From assembly GCA_049322915.1 (NCBI GenBank), contig JBMOPW010000015.1, forward strand, positions 1-16,821: a stretch of 16,821 bases of DNA. Direction: 5' to 3'. Positions 6,904 to 16,477 of this stretch are shown here, piece by piece. A program made the translations under genes and the position numbers. The notes under the pieces are model-generated. The model was given only the letters and a program-made list of their open reading frames with translations, was not told the DNA's origin and searched no databases. This stretch comes from Candidatus Zhuqueibacterota bacterium (GTDB lineage: Bacteria > Zhuqueibacterota > Zhuqueibacteria > Thermofontimicrobiales > Thermofontimicrobiaceae). Position 1 is the first letter of the stretch; each line of letters opens with the position of its first letter.

Positions 6904-8046
6904 TCAAAAAAGTTTCAGCAGCCTTTCGGCCACATCCTCTGCGCGGTAATTGGCGAGCACCTTCATCCTGCCATTTGTCGCCAGGACTGCGGCGAAATCA
7001 GGTTCTTTGTAAATTCGCTCCATCGCCTCGGCCAGCGGCGACGCTTTTTCCGAGGGCACCAGCAGGCCATTGATTTCGTGGTCGATCAACTCCGGAATGC
7101 CGGAGAGGTAGGTGGAAATCACCGGCGCTTCTGCGGCCATGGCCTCGATCAGCACGTTGGGAATGCCATCCATATCGCCGTCCTCGGTCCGCACTGCAGG
7201 CAGCACAAACACATCCGCGGCATTGTACAATTCGTTCAGGGCTTGGTGCGCCACGGCCCCGCGCAATATCACGTCGCCAATGAGCTGATGTCGTTCAATG
7301 CGTCGCTCAAGCTGGGAATGCAGCGGGCCGGCGCCGACGATCCAGCACTCGAACTCAATGCCGTCTTTTTTCAGAATATGGCACGCGTCGATCAACACCG
7401 GGAAGCCCTTTTTCGCCACCAGATTTCCAACGGACAGGATGAGGAACCGCGAATGACGCACTGGCTTTGCCGGGCGGAACTGGCTGACATCCACGCCGTA
7501 GGAGATAATTTTAATTTTATCCGTGGGAATGGTCGGATCGATGGCGAGCAAAAAATTATTATGGAATCGGGAGACCGTACGGACGAAACGGGCATTGCGA
7601 ATTTTTCGGCGCAGATCCGACCGGTCCACATCATGTTTGAAAATGTCGTACGCATGGGCGCAGAAGCTGTAGGGTATCTTTTCCAGCCGGGAAATCATCT
7701 CCGCCGTCAGCGTGCCGGCTGTGGCGAAATGCGCATGAATCGCTGTGATGCGATGTTTGCGAATGACTGACGCGAAAAAAAACATCCGGAAAAATAGTTG
7801 CCAGCCGATCCTGCGGGGAATCCACACGGCTGCAATGGCATAAAAAATATGGTAGCGGAACAGCGCCAGCACATTGGCTCCGGCAATTTTCAGCAACGTG
7901 GGTTCGGCGTGCCGGTACGCGGCCGGCAGCGCAGCTCCGGAATTGACCAGGCACACCAGCACCTGATGGCCTTTTTTCATGATGGCGGAGATTTCCGAAA
8001 GGATCCACGGCGATGCATCGTGAATGATGTAAGCGATCTGTTTCAT
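6904..8046 (-). CDS. Glycosyltransferase family 4 (GT-B)
   Basis: IHAHFA, AHAYDIF, VGNLVAKKG, DMDGIPNVLIEAMA...SGIPELI. Start overlaps the upstream stop (ATGA). Confidence 0.9.
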   Translation of the reverse strand: MKQIAYIIHDASPWILSEISAIMKKGHQVLVCLVNSGAALPAAYRHAEPTLLKIAGANVLALFRYHIFYAIAAVWIPRRIGWQLFFRMFFFASVIRKHRITAIHAHFATAGTLTAEMISRLEKIPYSFCAHAYDIFKHDVDRSDLRRKIRNARFVRTVSRFHNNFLLAIDPTIPTDKIKIISYGVDVSQFRPAKPVRHSRFLILSVGNLVAKKGFPVLIDACHILKKDGIEFECWIVGAGPLHSQLERRIERHQLIGDVILRGAVAHQALNELYNAADVFVLPAVRTEDGDMDGIPNVLIEAMAAEAPVISTYLSGIPELIDHEINGLLVPSEKASPLAEAMERIYKEPDFAAVLATNGRMKVLANYRAEDVAERLLKLF

Positions 8047-9218
8047 CTCACCTGCATTAACTCCTCATAGAGCTGTTCGTGCTGGCGCACCATGGTGCGC
8101 AGATTGAAAAACGCCAGTACCCGCGATCTGCCGGCGTTACCCATTCGTCGTCTCAGTTGCGAATTGACCACCAGCTCCGAAATTTTCGAAATGAACGGCT
8201 CCGCGGATAGCGTCTCGGTTTCCATGCGCCACCCGGCCGGTTCCGGGAGGAAGCCATTCTGTCCGTCGATCACCAGCTCGTTATTGGAACCAATGTTGGA
8301 AGCCACGATGGGTTTGGCGCACGCCATGGCCTCGCACACAGACAGCGGCAGCCCTTCTCCCCAATAGGTTGGGAACAGGAAAATATCCATGGCAGCGAGA
8401 CACTGCTCCACGGACAGACTTGGCAGGCGCAGAATCAATTTTTCTCCCAGCGCCAAATCGGTTGCCGTTCGAATCAGTTCGTCCCGGAGCGGACCGTGTC
8501 CGCAGGCCAGAAATCGGACGTGGGGGAAGCGCTGCGCCAGGCCGGCTGCAACGCACATAAAAACATCGTAGCCTTTGCGCGGTTCAAAGCGACTGATATT
8601 GCCGATGACAATGTCTTCCGGCCCGATGCCAAGCTCGCGGCGAAGCGCTTCACCGGAGATTCCGGGATTGAACCGATCCACATCCACGCCATTCAGGATC
8701 ACTTTCAATTTTTTAGCCGGAGCCCCTGTCACTTCTTCAGCATAGTTTTTAATCGCCTGCGAAATGACGACGATGCGATCCGCAGCAAATCTGTTCAGCA
8801 GCAGCATGTGCCGTCTCCCGGCCAGTTCATTGACCGGATAGGAATTGTGCCGCGTGTACACTGTTTTCTTTCCCAACAAAACCTTGCCCATGAAACAGCC
8901 CCAGAAATCCGCCGGGATCTGATGGCCGTGAATCACATCGACATTCCATTCCTTCACCAGCCGACTGAAACGGCGCAGCGTCTTCAGGTCGCGCCAACTC
9001 GTCAGGCCGAATCGCTCCAGCGGAATGCCGGCGTCCCGCAATGTGGCAACGAACGGCTCCGAATCAGTAGTGGGGTGACTGAACAGCGTGCACACGCCTG
9101 ACTGAAAGCGGCCAGCATCCAGATTGTTGACCAGGTCCAGAACGAGCCGCTGAGCGCCGCCGATGGTGAGATTATCCAGCACAAACAGGATACGGATTTT
9201 ATCGGTTGACTTTTTCAT
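8043..9218 (-). CDS. Glycosyltransferase family 4 (GT-B)
   Basis: IGGAQR, ILNGVD, ISRFEPRKG, EGLPLSVCEAMACAKPIV. ATG 9218 (MKKSTDK) is preferred over the TTG at 9239. Confidence 0.9.
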   Translation of the reverse strand: MKKSTDKIRILFVLDNLTIGGAQRLVLDLVNNLDAGRFQSGVCTLFSHPTTDSEPFVATLRDAGIPLERFGLTSWRDLKTLRRFSRLVKEWNVDVIHGHQIPADFWGCFMGKVLLGKKTVYTRHNSYPVNELAGRRHMLLLNRFAADRIVVISQAIKNYAEEVTGAPAKKLKVILNGVDVDRFNPGISGEALRRELGIGPEDIVIGNISRFEPRKGYDVFMCVAAGLAQRFPHVRFLACGHGPLRDELIRTATDLALGEKLILRLPSLSVEQCLAAMDIFLFPTYWGEGLPLSVCEAMACAKPIVASNIGSNNELVIDGQNGFLPEPAGWRMETETLSAEPFISKISELVVNSQLRRRMGNAGRSRVLAFFNLRTMVRQHEQLYEELMQVR

Positions 9219-9228
9219 GGCCGGTATC

Positions 9229-10431
9229 TCATTGCACAAATCGTTCGTAGATGCAGCCCAACTGATCGGCGTAGCGCGACCAGGTGTAGCGCTCCTGCAA
9301 TTCCTGCTGCGCCTGTGCGCCGAGCCGACGCCTCAGATCCGGTTGTCGCACGAGCCGCAAAATGGAATTTGCCAGCGCCGGGATGTCGCCCGGGGGAACC
9401 AGCAATCCGGTCTGTTCGTGGCGCACAACCTCCGCCACCTGGCCGATGCGGGACGCCACAATGGCGCAGCCACCGGCCATGTAATCGAATACTTTCATGG
9501 ACGAACCGTAAAATTTCACTGGCAGTTCCCGGTACGGCGCCACGCCAATATCCAGGATTGCCAGCAGTTCCTCCAATTTTTCGCGCGGCTGCGCCGGAAT
9601 GAATCGCACACGATCTGCCACGCCAAGCTGAACCGCGCGCGACTCAGCCTGGGTTTTTGCAGCGCCATCGCCGATGAACAGGAATTTGATTTTCCTCTCG
9701 CGCGCAATGATTTGAGGAATCGCCGTGATGAAATTTTCAATGCCGAACCACGGCTGAAACGTTCCGACATACCCCACCGTGGTCTCGGAGTCCAAACCGT
9801 AGCGCTCCCGAATTTCATGCTTGCGCGAATCCTCCACGACAATCACCTCGCTGGCATTGGGCAGCACGGTAATTTTTTCGGAAGGCACTCGCCCTGTCTC
9901 CACGAGGTAATCTTTGAGAATCCCGGACACAGCCAGAATGTGATCGGCGTCGGCGTAATTCATGCGACTGATGACCCGGGCGATCCACTGCGGCGCGCCG
10001 GTCATGGGCCGGGAGAACAATTGCTTTTCCTCGATGAGCGGCGCATTCACTTCCAGGATGTGCGGGATGTCCAGAATCTGCGCGGCCAGCGCGCCGGCCA
10101 GAGAGTAAAGCCCGTACCGCTCGTGAATCAGGTCGAAATGGCGCAGGCCATTCAGTTCCAGAATTCGCCGGAGAATGCGCGCGCTATTCACGACACCGGT
10201 GTACGGCAGCAGTTTATGAACGCCGCGACAATAGCGGTGAGGCAATGTCTCGTAATCATGAAAGCCAGGCAAGTCGCTGCTATCGTTGATGGTCAGCAGA
10301 AAGGGCTGGTGATTCTTCTTTCGAAGCGCCGTTAAAATTTGCTGCACATGGACGGTGTAGCCCTGGATTCGGGTCAGATCGTGACCCCGGTCCGCCAGCA
10401 GATAGAGTATATTCAGACGCGATTTTTTCAT
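9229..10431 (-). CDS. Glycosyltransferase family 4 (GT-B)
   Basis: IHERY, ILEVNAP, GYVGTFQPWFG, SSMKVFDYMAGGCAIVASRIGQVAEVV. Confidence 0.9.
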   Translation of the reverse strand: MKKSRLNILYLLADRGHDLTRIQGYTVHVQQILTALRKKNHQPFLLTINDSSDLPGFHDYETLPHRYCRGVHKLLPYTGVVNSARILRRILELNGLRHFDLIHERYGLYSLAGALAAQILDIPHILEVNAPLIEEKQLFSRPMTGAPQWIARVISRMNYADADHILAVSGILKDYLVETGRVPSEKITVLPNASEVIVVEDSRKHEIRERYGLDSETTVGYVGTFQPWFGIENFITAIPQIIARERKIKFLFIGDGAAKTQAESRAVQLGVADRVRFIPAQPREKLEELLAILDIGVAPYRELPVKFYGSSMKVFDYMAGGCAIVASRIGQVAEVVRHEQTGLLVPPGDIPALANSILRLVRQPDLRRRLGAQAQQELQERYTWSRYADQLGCIYERFVQ

Positions 10432-10520
10432 GACCCCTGACTTTTTTTTTCGTGCGAATCCTGCCTGCTCCGGTCATCGGACACGCCAGTGAAGCTCCAA
10501 TGCAGCGCCGGCAATTCATT

Positions 10521-11684
10521 TCAATCGGCCGCGCCTCCGGAGAGAAGCCGCTCGTAGCGACTTTCCAATTGGGCTGCCAGCATATTGATGTCATGATTTT
10601 TCATGACAAACGCTCTGCCTTCCACGGCTAGCTGCCGGCACAATCGCTGATCTTCCAGCAATCGCTGAAAATTCCTGACCAGTCCGGCCACATCGCCCTC
10701 CGCAGCCAGAAACGGCACATAGTCGGGCGGCAGACAATGCGGGATGTCCGCGTGGGTGGTCGTCATGACCGGCAATCCCAGGGCCTGCGCTTCCAGCAAC
10801 ACAGTGGGCGCGCCGCCTTCGCTATCGCCATCGCGGGCCAGTTGGCTCGGCTGCAACAGGATGTGCGCGCGTTCCATCTCCTGCAAACAGGCGGAATGGC
10901 TCAGGCTGCCAGTCAATATTACCTTCCGGCTCAGCCCGGCGCGTTGAATGAACGCCGTCACCTCGTCCCGCTGTTCGCCGTCGCCGATGATGCGGAATTC
11001 GCTGTTGGGGTAGTATCGCGCGATGTTCTGATAAGCGTGCAACGCCACGAGCAGCCCCTTTTTCTCCGTGAATCGCCCGCAAAATAACAATACCAGCTTT
11101 TCATTTTTTAATTGAAATGACCTGAGCCGAAAAGGATAGCGGGACAAATCGATGCCGATTCGCTGAATCGCTATTTTTTCCGGCGGACAGCCCAACTGTT
11201 CCAGCGCCTGTTGCATGAACGGCCCCTCCACCAGAAATAAATCGCCCCGCTCGAACAATGTCAGATACCTGTCCCGCCAGCGTTGATCCTGCGGCAGCCG
11301 CGACACATCGAAGCCGTAAAACGTGGTGACCAGGGGAACGCCCAGTTTTTCTTTCAACAGAATCATCTTCACGCCGGCCGGCCCGAAATGAGCGTGTATC
11401 AGCGAGACATGGTGCTGCTTCGCCTTGTGAGCGAAAAACAGCCAGTGCTCGAAAAACTGATCTGGCTGAGCCCGATACGACAGGCCATTGACCAGCCACC
11501 ACCACGAATAGCGGCTCACCCCCTCCGCAGCGATGATCGGTTGAAATGGAAAGGCATCCCGGTTTTGAATTCGATCCGTGAAAACGAGGGGACGAAAGGC
11601 GCTGGCGTGCGTCAGGTATTCGTAAATGAATGTCTGCGACAATCCCATGTAGGCGTCGATGGAATGGGCAACTGTTTTTACCAT
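10521..11684 (-). CDS. Glycosyltransferase family 4, WcaL-like
   Basis: SQTFI, IHAHFGPAG, TTFYGFD, CGRFTEKKG, DGDSEGGAPTVLLEAQALGLPV. Confidence 0.9.
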   Translation of the reverse strand: MVKTVAHSIDAYMGLSQTFIYEYLTHASAFRPLVFTDRIQNRDAFPFQPIIAAEGVSRYSWWWLVNGLSYRAQPDQFFEHWLFFAHKAKQHHVSLIHAHFGPAGVKMILLKEKLGVPLVTTFYGFDVSRLPQDQRWRDRYLTLFERGDLFLVEGPFMQQALEQLGCPPEKIAIQRIGIDLSRYPFRLRSFQLKNEKLVLLFCGRFTEKKGLLVALHAYQNIARYYPNSEFRIIGDGEQRDEVTAFIQRAGLSRKVILTGSLSHSACLQEMERAHILLQPSQLARDGDSEGGAPTVLLEAQALGLPVMTTTHADIPHCLPPDYVPFLAAEGDVAGLVRNFQRLLEDQRLCRQLAVEGRAFVMKNHDINMLAAQLESRYERLLSGGAAD

Positions 11685-11687
11685 AGG

Positions 11688-12767
11688 TCAGGTCCAAAGC
11701 TCAATGGTTTTCAGCCGGTCTTCCAGCGCGCGAACGTGATTGATGTGGCATTGCCGGCACAGCGCCAATTCGGATAACTCCCCGGTCGCGTGACGGCGAC
11801 GCACTGTATTGAATTTCTCGCCGCGCCAGATATCCTCGAGCGACGATTTCCGGACATTGCCCAGAATGTATTTGCCATCAAAATCGAGGCAGCACAGTGA
11901 GACATCGCCGTTCCAGAGAATGAACATGGATTTCCAGAGCATGTAACACGGCACAGCCAGCGTCTCCGGCTGCGTCGCTGAACCGTTGCCATTCTGGCCG
12001 GCAAAGTCATGCAGGCGCGAAACGCGCACGGAATCGACTTTGCCCTCCCATTTTTCCCTGAAACGCTGAACATCCGCCGGATCGTCGTGCACTGGCAATA
12101 GCACCAATTCCACTGCCGGCTGCTGTCGCTCCTTCCGGTTCCGCAGCGCCATGAATCGCTCGATATTCTCGCTGACGTCATCGTAGTTCAACTTCACGCG
12201 GATCCTCTCGTAGGTCTCTCTGGTTCCGCCATCGAAGCTGATGAACAATCGATCCAATCCGGACTCGATCAGCTTGTCCGCCATGGTCCGATTCAGCAGC
12301 GATCCATTGGAATAAAGCGCTGTGGCGCCGATTCCCTTTTTTTTGGCGTATCGAACTTTTTCAGCCAGCAGCCGATCCATCATGGGCTCGCCAAAATTAT
12401 GAAAACGCATCTCCTTCACGCCCAGCGATGCGCACTGGCCGGCAATATCTTTGAACAGCGCATATTCCATCACGCCGGTCTTTCGCGTCATTTTATGACG
12501 ATTGCACATCACGCAGTCGGCGTTGCAGGCATTGGTGCTTTCTGCATACACCTTGTCCGGAGCCCAGTCCCGCAGACTCGCCCGGGCTAACCGGCGAATC
12601 ACGAATCGGAAGAACCGATCACTTTTCAGGCTGAACCGGAACATCCGGTACATTCCGGATTTCTTCCGATCCGCGCGAACGACGCAGCGCACCAGCCCGC
12701 GCCCGAAACCGTAGATCAGAAGCGATGAAATGAAATCTGAAATTGCTTTATGAATTTGTTTGAACAC
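11688..12767 (-). CDS. Radical SAM protein with SPASM/twitch domain
   Basis: CNADCVMC (CxxxCxxC), FGEP, SNGSLL, ISFDG, and C-terminal PC..LW...WNGDVSLCCLD...GN......IW...CRQC. The probable start is GTG 12767 (AAGGA upstream) rather than 12917. Confidence 0.88.
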   Translation of the reverse strand: MFKQIHKAISDFISSLLIYGFGRGLVRCVVRADRKKSGMYRMFRFSLKSDRFFRFVIRRLARASLRDWAPDKVYAESTNACNADCVMCNRHKMTRKTGVMEYALFKDIAGQCASLGVKEMRFHNFGEPMMDRLLAEKVRYAKKKGIGATALYSNGSLLNRTMADKLIESGLDRLFISFDGGTRETYERIRVKLNYDDVSENIERFMALRNRKERQQPAVELVLLPVHDDPADVQRFREKWEGKVDSVRVSRLHDFAGQNGNGSATQPETLAVPCYMLWKSMFILWNGDVSLCCLDFDGKYILGNVRKSSLEDIWRGEKFNTVRRRHATGELSELALCRQCHINHVRALEDRLKTIELWT

Positions 12768-12790
12768 ACTGTATTCCTTTTTCGTTGAAA

Positions 12791-12856
12791 AGACCCGCAG
12801 CAACGTTTCGATAACTCGTTGTTCCGCGCGACTGCGTCGCGCGGAATCGCGGGTCT
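12791..12856 (-). other. Intergenic multi-stem inverted-repeat structure
   Basis: Outer stem AGACCCGC/GCGGGTCT (12791-98, 12849-56) enclosing CAACG/CGTTG (12801-05, 12817-21) and TTCCGCGCGAC/GTCGCGCGGAA (12822-32, 12836-46). Confidence 0.6.
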
Positions 12857-12927
12857 GCGCCGCGGATGTATCGATTTTTCGCCGCATTGATTTTGTGAAA
12901 CGCCCGGCGTATCCCACCGGAATGGCA

Positions 12928-14238
12928 TCAGCCGTTCACGGAAGGACGGGTGGCGCCGACCAACGCATCCAGTCTCTGACTCAACGCGCGTGCGGTGTGC
13001 CTTCGATCGTATTGATGAATGGCGTCCCAATCCGGCTGGAAGCCTCTTTCACCCTGTTTCCAGGCGGTGTGCAAGCGGCGTATGGCCCCGGCGATTCCCG
13101 CCCGATCCCCGTACGCCACGTTGATGCCGGTCCCGGTGCGCCCGATGATCGCGCCGCAATCGGTGCCTTCAGTGCCAATGCCGAGAATCGGTTTGCCCAG
13201 CGCCAGATACTCGAACAGCTTGCCGGTCGTCGCCCGTTTTCCGGCCTGACGATGGACGATCAGAACCAGGACTGCGGACGCCGCGCCGTGCTGCAACGCT
13301 TTTTCGTGCGCCACGAATCCGATGGAATTTTTCACGCAATCCCCCAATTTCAACGCTGCCAGTTGATTGGGATCCGCCGCGCTGCCCACAAATCGGACTT
13401 CGAGTTCCTCCCTCGGCAATCCGCCGCTGTCCAGCAATTCCGCCAGCGCCGCCAGAAAATCATCCGGTGTCCGCGACGCATAAAAACTGCCCATGTGGGT
13501 CAGTATAAATTTATCCTTTGTCGGACTGATGCCGGCAATTGCCCGGCCGATTTCGTCGCTGTCGAAGCCATTGGGGATGGTGCAGAATTTCGCTCTCTCC
13601 CCCGCCGGCCGCTTTGCCGCCAACAGGCGCGTAATTTCTTCATTGACAGAAATGACGCAGTCCGCGTGCTGCAGCACCAGTTTTTCCAGCCGGATGTTGA
13701 TCGCCCGGGAAAGTCTGGAATAGAGAAAATAGGGCGTATCGGTCCACTCGTCGCGAAAGTCAGCCACCCAGGGCAGGCGCGTTTTCTTCTTCAGCAGCAG
13801 CGCCACGAGATGGCTGGTGAACGGCGCCGACGATGACAGGATCGCCTCCGGCCGGCGCTGGTGAATGGCGCGCAATCCTGCGACGCAGGCTTTGGGCAGC
13901 CAGCCGATTCGCCGATCCGGGGCATTGAAATTCAGTTCCCATTGGCGCAGCAGGCGCGCCAGGGCGTCAAGCCGGAACTTGTACAGCCACTGGTAAACCG
14001 GCGTTATTTCCAGCGTGCCGGTGCGAACCAGATGATAGGGCGCATCGGTCAATTGCGCCAATAATCCGGCGTCGATGGTGTGATAGTCCTGGCTGTCCGA
14101 TGTGACCACCACCGCCTGCCAGCCAAACTGCGGCAGGTACTTGACCCACTTGAGAGGCCGCTGACAGCCGGCGCCGCCCAGTGGTGGGAAGAAAAAAGCC
14201 AGCATCAAAACTTTTCTGCAATTGATTTTCATCGACAT
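12928..14238 (-). CDS. Glycosyltransferase family 4 (GT-B)
   Basis: FFFPPLGGAGCQRPLKWVKYL, WVADFRDEW, IPNGFD, TGKLFEYLALGKPIL. The start is ATG 14238 or 14232; the ORF-track extension to 14649 overlaps wzt. Confidence 0.88.
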   Translation of the reverse strand: MSMKINCRKVLMLAFFFPPLGGAGCQRPLKWVKYLPQFGWQAVVVTSDSQDYHTIDAGLLAQLTDAPYHLVRTGTLEITPVYQWLYKFRLDALARLLRQWELNFNAPDRRIGWLPKACVAGLRAIHQRRPEAILSSSAPFTSHLVALLLKKKTRLPWVADFRDEWTDTPYFLYSRLSRAINIRLEKLVLQHADCVISVNEEITRLLAAKRPAGERAKFCTIPNGFDSDEIGRAIAGISPTKDKFILTHMGSFYASRTPDDFLAALAELLDSGGLPREELEVRFVGSAADPNQLAALKLGDCVKNSIGFVAHEKALQHGAASAVLVLIVHRQAGKRATTGKLFEYLALGKPILGIGTEGTDCGAIIGRTGTGINVAYGDRAGIAGAIRRLHTAWKQGERGFQPDWDAIHQYDRRHTARALSQRLDALVGATRPSVNG

Positions 14239-14278
14239 CTGTTTCCGACCTGTCTGTACGCCTGTTTTCCCTGCGCCC

Positions 14279-15529
14279 TTATTTCTCGCTGAAAGAGAAC
14301 GGAACCCGAACCAGCGCCGAATCGCCGATGGGCATGTTGCCGGATTGCGGCTCGGCGCGCTCCTCATCCAGCACGGCGAATCGCAGCGCGTCCGGCAGGG
14401 TGTCGTAATCGATGCGCCGATCCTGACTGCAAATATTGGCAGTGATGGAATAGCTCCTCGGCAGGAGCGGGATATTCCCGATATCGCAGACCACCTGTCC
14501 CTCGCCTTGGATCCACGCCGGGACAAACCCGCTCTGCGCTGAACTGGCGACAAAAACCTGAACGCCGCCCGGCGCTGTGACAATCGCCTGAAAATTGGGC
14601 TGGCTGATTCGTTTCCCGGCGTGATAGCCAAAGACCAGCCGCATGGCATCCCCGCTGCGGAACTCCGACGACTGGACGCCGGCGCGATTCAGCAGCTTCA
14701 CAGAGGTGATCTGAACATCCCCGGTACCCCAGCGCAGCGACGATTTCCCGGCGTCGTGAGCCAGCATGTCCCGATGTGTGTCGTTGATATAGGTTCGAAC
14801 CACGTCCCTCGTTTCGCCCAGGGCATGAACGCGACCTTTTTTCAGATACAGTGTCCGCTGGCATAACGACTGCACCGCGTAGATATTGTGCGAAACGAAC
14901 ACAATAGTCTTGCCGGCTTTCATGAACTGGCTCATTTTTATCTGGCATTTTTCACGAAACGACATGTCCCCCACGGCCAGGACTTCATCCACCAGCAGCA
15001 CATCGCAGTCGATATGAGCGACAACGGAGAAGGCCAGTCGCACCTGCATTCCGGACGAGTACCGCTTCAGCGGCGCATCGATGAAATGTTCCAGTTCGGC
15101 AAAGGCCACCATGTCGTCGAACCTGGCTTCGATCTCGCGGCGACGCAATCCCATGATGGCGCCGTACAAAAAAATGTTCTCGCGGCCGGAGAGGTCAGGG
15201 TGCAGCCCTGCACCCAATTCGATGAGCGCAGCTACTCTGCCGGCCACGCGCACGGTTCCGGATGTTGGCGTGGTGATGCCGGACAGCAGCTTCAATGCAG
15301 TGGTCTTTCCGGCACCGTTGGGACCGATGATGCCAAACGCCTCGCCGTTCTGAATGGACAGATTCACATCGTCCAGCGCGTGAAAAGTGCGCCGATCCGG
15401 GAGACTCCCCCGTTTCCCGTGGCTCAATCGGTGCAGGGCGCGCGGGAACAGGTCGCGCAGATTCCCGGCTGCTGAACCCAGTCGGTATTCTTTCGTCACA
15501 TGTTCAAAATGTACTGCAGTCATGCTCAT
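14279..15529 (-). CDS. wzt: Polysaccharide ABC exporter ATP-binding subunit with C-terminal Wzt_C domain
   Basis: Walker A GPNGAGKTT, LSGRENI, signature YSSGMQVRLAFS, Walker B LLVDEVLAVGD, VSH, plus a ~170-aa C-terminal extension starting RWGTGDVQITSV. Confidence 0.92.
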   Translation of the reverse strand: MSMTAVHFEHVTKEYRLGSAAGNLRDLFPRALHRLSHGKRGSLPDRRTFHALDDVNLSIQNGEAFGIIGPNGAGKTTALKLLSGITTPTSGTVRVAGRVAALIELGAGLHPDLSGRENIFLYGAIMGLRRREIEARFDDMVAFAELEHFIDAPLKRYSSGMQVRLAFSVVAHIDCDVLLVDEVLAVGDMSFREKCQIKMSQFMKAGKTIVFVSHNIYAVQSLCQRTLYLKKGRVHALGETRDVVRTYINDTHRDMLAHDAGKSSLRWGTGDVQITSVKLLNRAGVQSSEFRSGDAMRLVFGYHAGKRISQPNFQAIVTAPGGVQVFVASSAQSGFVPAWIQGEGQVVCDIGNIPLLPRSYSITANICSQDRRIDYDTLPDALRFAVLDEERAEPQSGNMPIGDSALVRVPFSFSEK

Positions 15530-15562
15530 TTCACTACCTCATCGGAAAAGCGGCGCTCCCTT

Positions 15563-16348
15563 TCAGATTAAATCAGCGAATCGCATTTCTATTTTTTTGA
15601 AAAAAAGATACGAGCCGGCGAACACGAGAAACGAAATCAGCGCTGCCCATGCTAACCAAATCGCCGACGGCGCCATTCCATTCAACACCACGGTGCGATA
15701 GCCGTCGATCAACACGGCCATTGGGTTGAGCAAATACAGGGACCGATACTTCTCCGGCACCAGGGCCAGGGGATAAATGACCGGCGAGAGGAACAGCCAG
15801 ATTTGGAGCGCCAGCGGCACGACGTATCGAATATCCCGAAAAAACACATTGGCTGCTGACGCGAAAAGCGCGATGCCCAGCGTCAGAACAATCTGGATGG
15901 CCAACAGTATCGGCAGAAAAATCAGGGCCATCGTCGGCGCGACATGATAGATCACCATCATCCCCACGAACACCAGCGACGCCACCAGAAAATCGAAGAA
16001 GCAGGCGGCCACTGCCGCTATGGGAAAAATTTCGCGCGGAAAATAAATTTTGGTGATCAGCGTGATGTTATTGACAAGGCTAGGAATGGCGAACGACAGG
16101 GAGGTCGAAAAAAACGTCCAGGGCAGCAGGGCGCAGTAAGAAAAGATCGGGTAGGGAATGCCCGGCGTGGCAATGCTGGCGAACCGCGAGAAGACGATCG
16201 TGAAAATTATCATTAACGCCAATGGCTGCAACAGCGCCCAGCACACGCCGAGCAGCGATTGCTTGTATCGGACTTTGATATCCCTGGTTATGAGCGCATA
16301 CAACAACTCGCGATAGCCGTACACCTGATAAAGCGTTCGAAAGATCAT
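15563..16348 (-). CDS. wzm: Polysaccharide ABC exporter permease
   Basis: RDIKVRYKQSLLGVCWALLQP, ITKIYFPRE, FRDIRY, SPVIYP, LNPMA, FADLI; about six hydrophobic segments; adjacent to wzt. Confidence 0.93.
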   Translation of the reverse strand: MIFRTLYQVYGYRELLYALITRDIKVRYKQSLLGVCWALLQPLALMIIFTIVFSRFASIATPGIPYPIFSYCALLPWTFFSTSLSFAIPSLVNNITLITKIYFPREIFPIAAVAACFFDFLVASLVFVGMMVIYHVAPTMALIFLPILLAIQIVLTLGIALFASAANVFFRDIRYVVPLALQIWLFLSPVIYPLALVPEKYRSLYLLNPMAVLIDGYRTVVLNGMAPSAIWLAWAALISFLVFAGSYLFFKKIEMRFADLI

Positions 16349-16419
16349 ATTCCTTTGGCAATTGCATCTGTTTCAGTGTAATTGATCATAGGGGATCAAA
16401 AGTTGTATTTGTTTACTTT

Positions 16420-16477
16420 GGACAGGATAACAGGATGATAATGATTTACCGGATTATTCTCTATCCGGTAACATCCT
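16420..16477. repeat. Short degenerate tandem repeats and hairpin at the 3' end of the GxxExxY gene
   Basis: GACAGGATAACAGGATGATAATGATTTACCGGAT has 8-9-nt periodicity. The inverted repeat TTACCGGAT (16446-54) / ATCCGGTAA (16463-71) spans the stop codon, with outer AGGATG/CATCCT. Confidence 0.5.

Noticed and set aside
9163..10335. 390-aa plus-strand ORF
   Set aside because: Antisense to a clear GT4 gene; no motifs; such ORFs are expected in GC-rich coding DNA.
12760..13836. 358-aa plus-strand ORF
   Set aside because: Antisense shadow of the GT4 gene with no recognisable domain.
14239..14649. 137-aa N-terminal extension of the GT4 at 12928
   Set aside because: Overlaps wzt in another frame and has atypical Arg/Ser-rich composition; the family N-terminus begins at 14238/14232.
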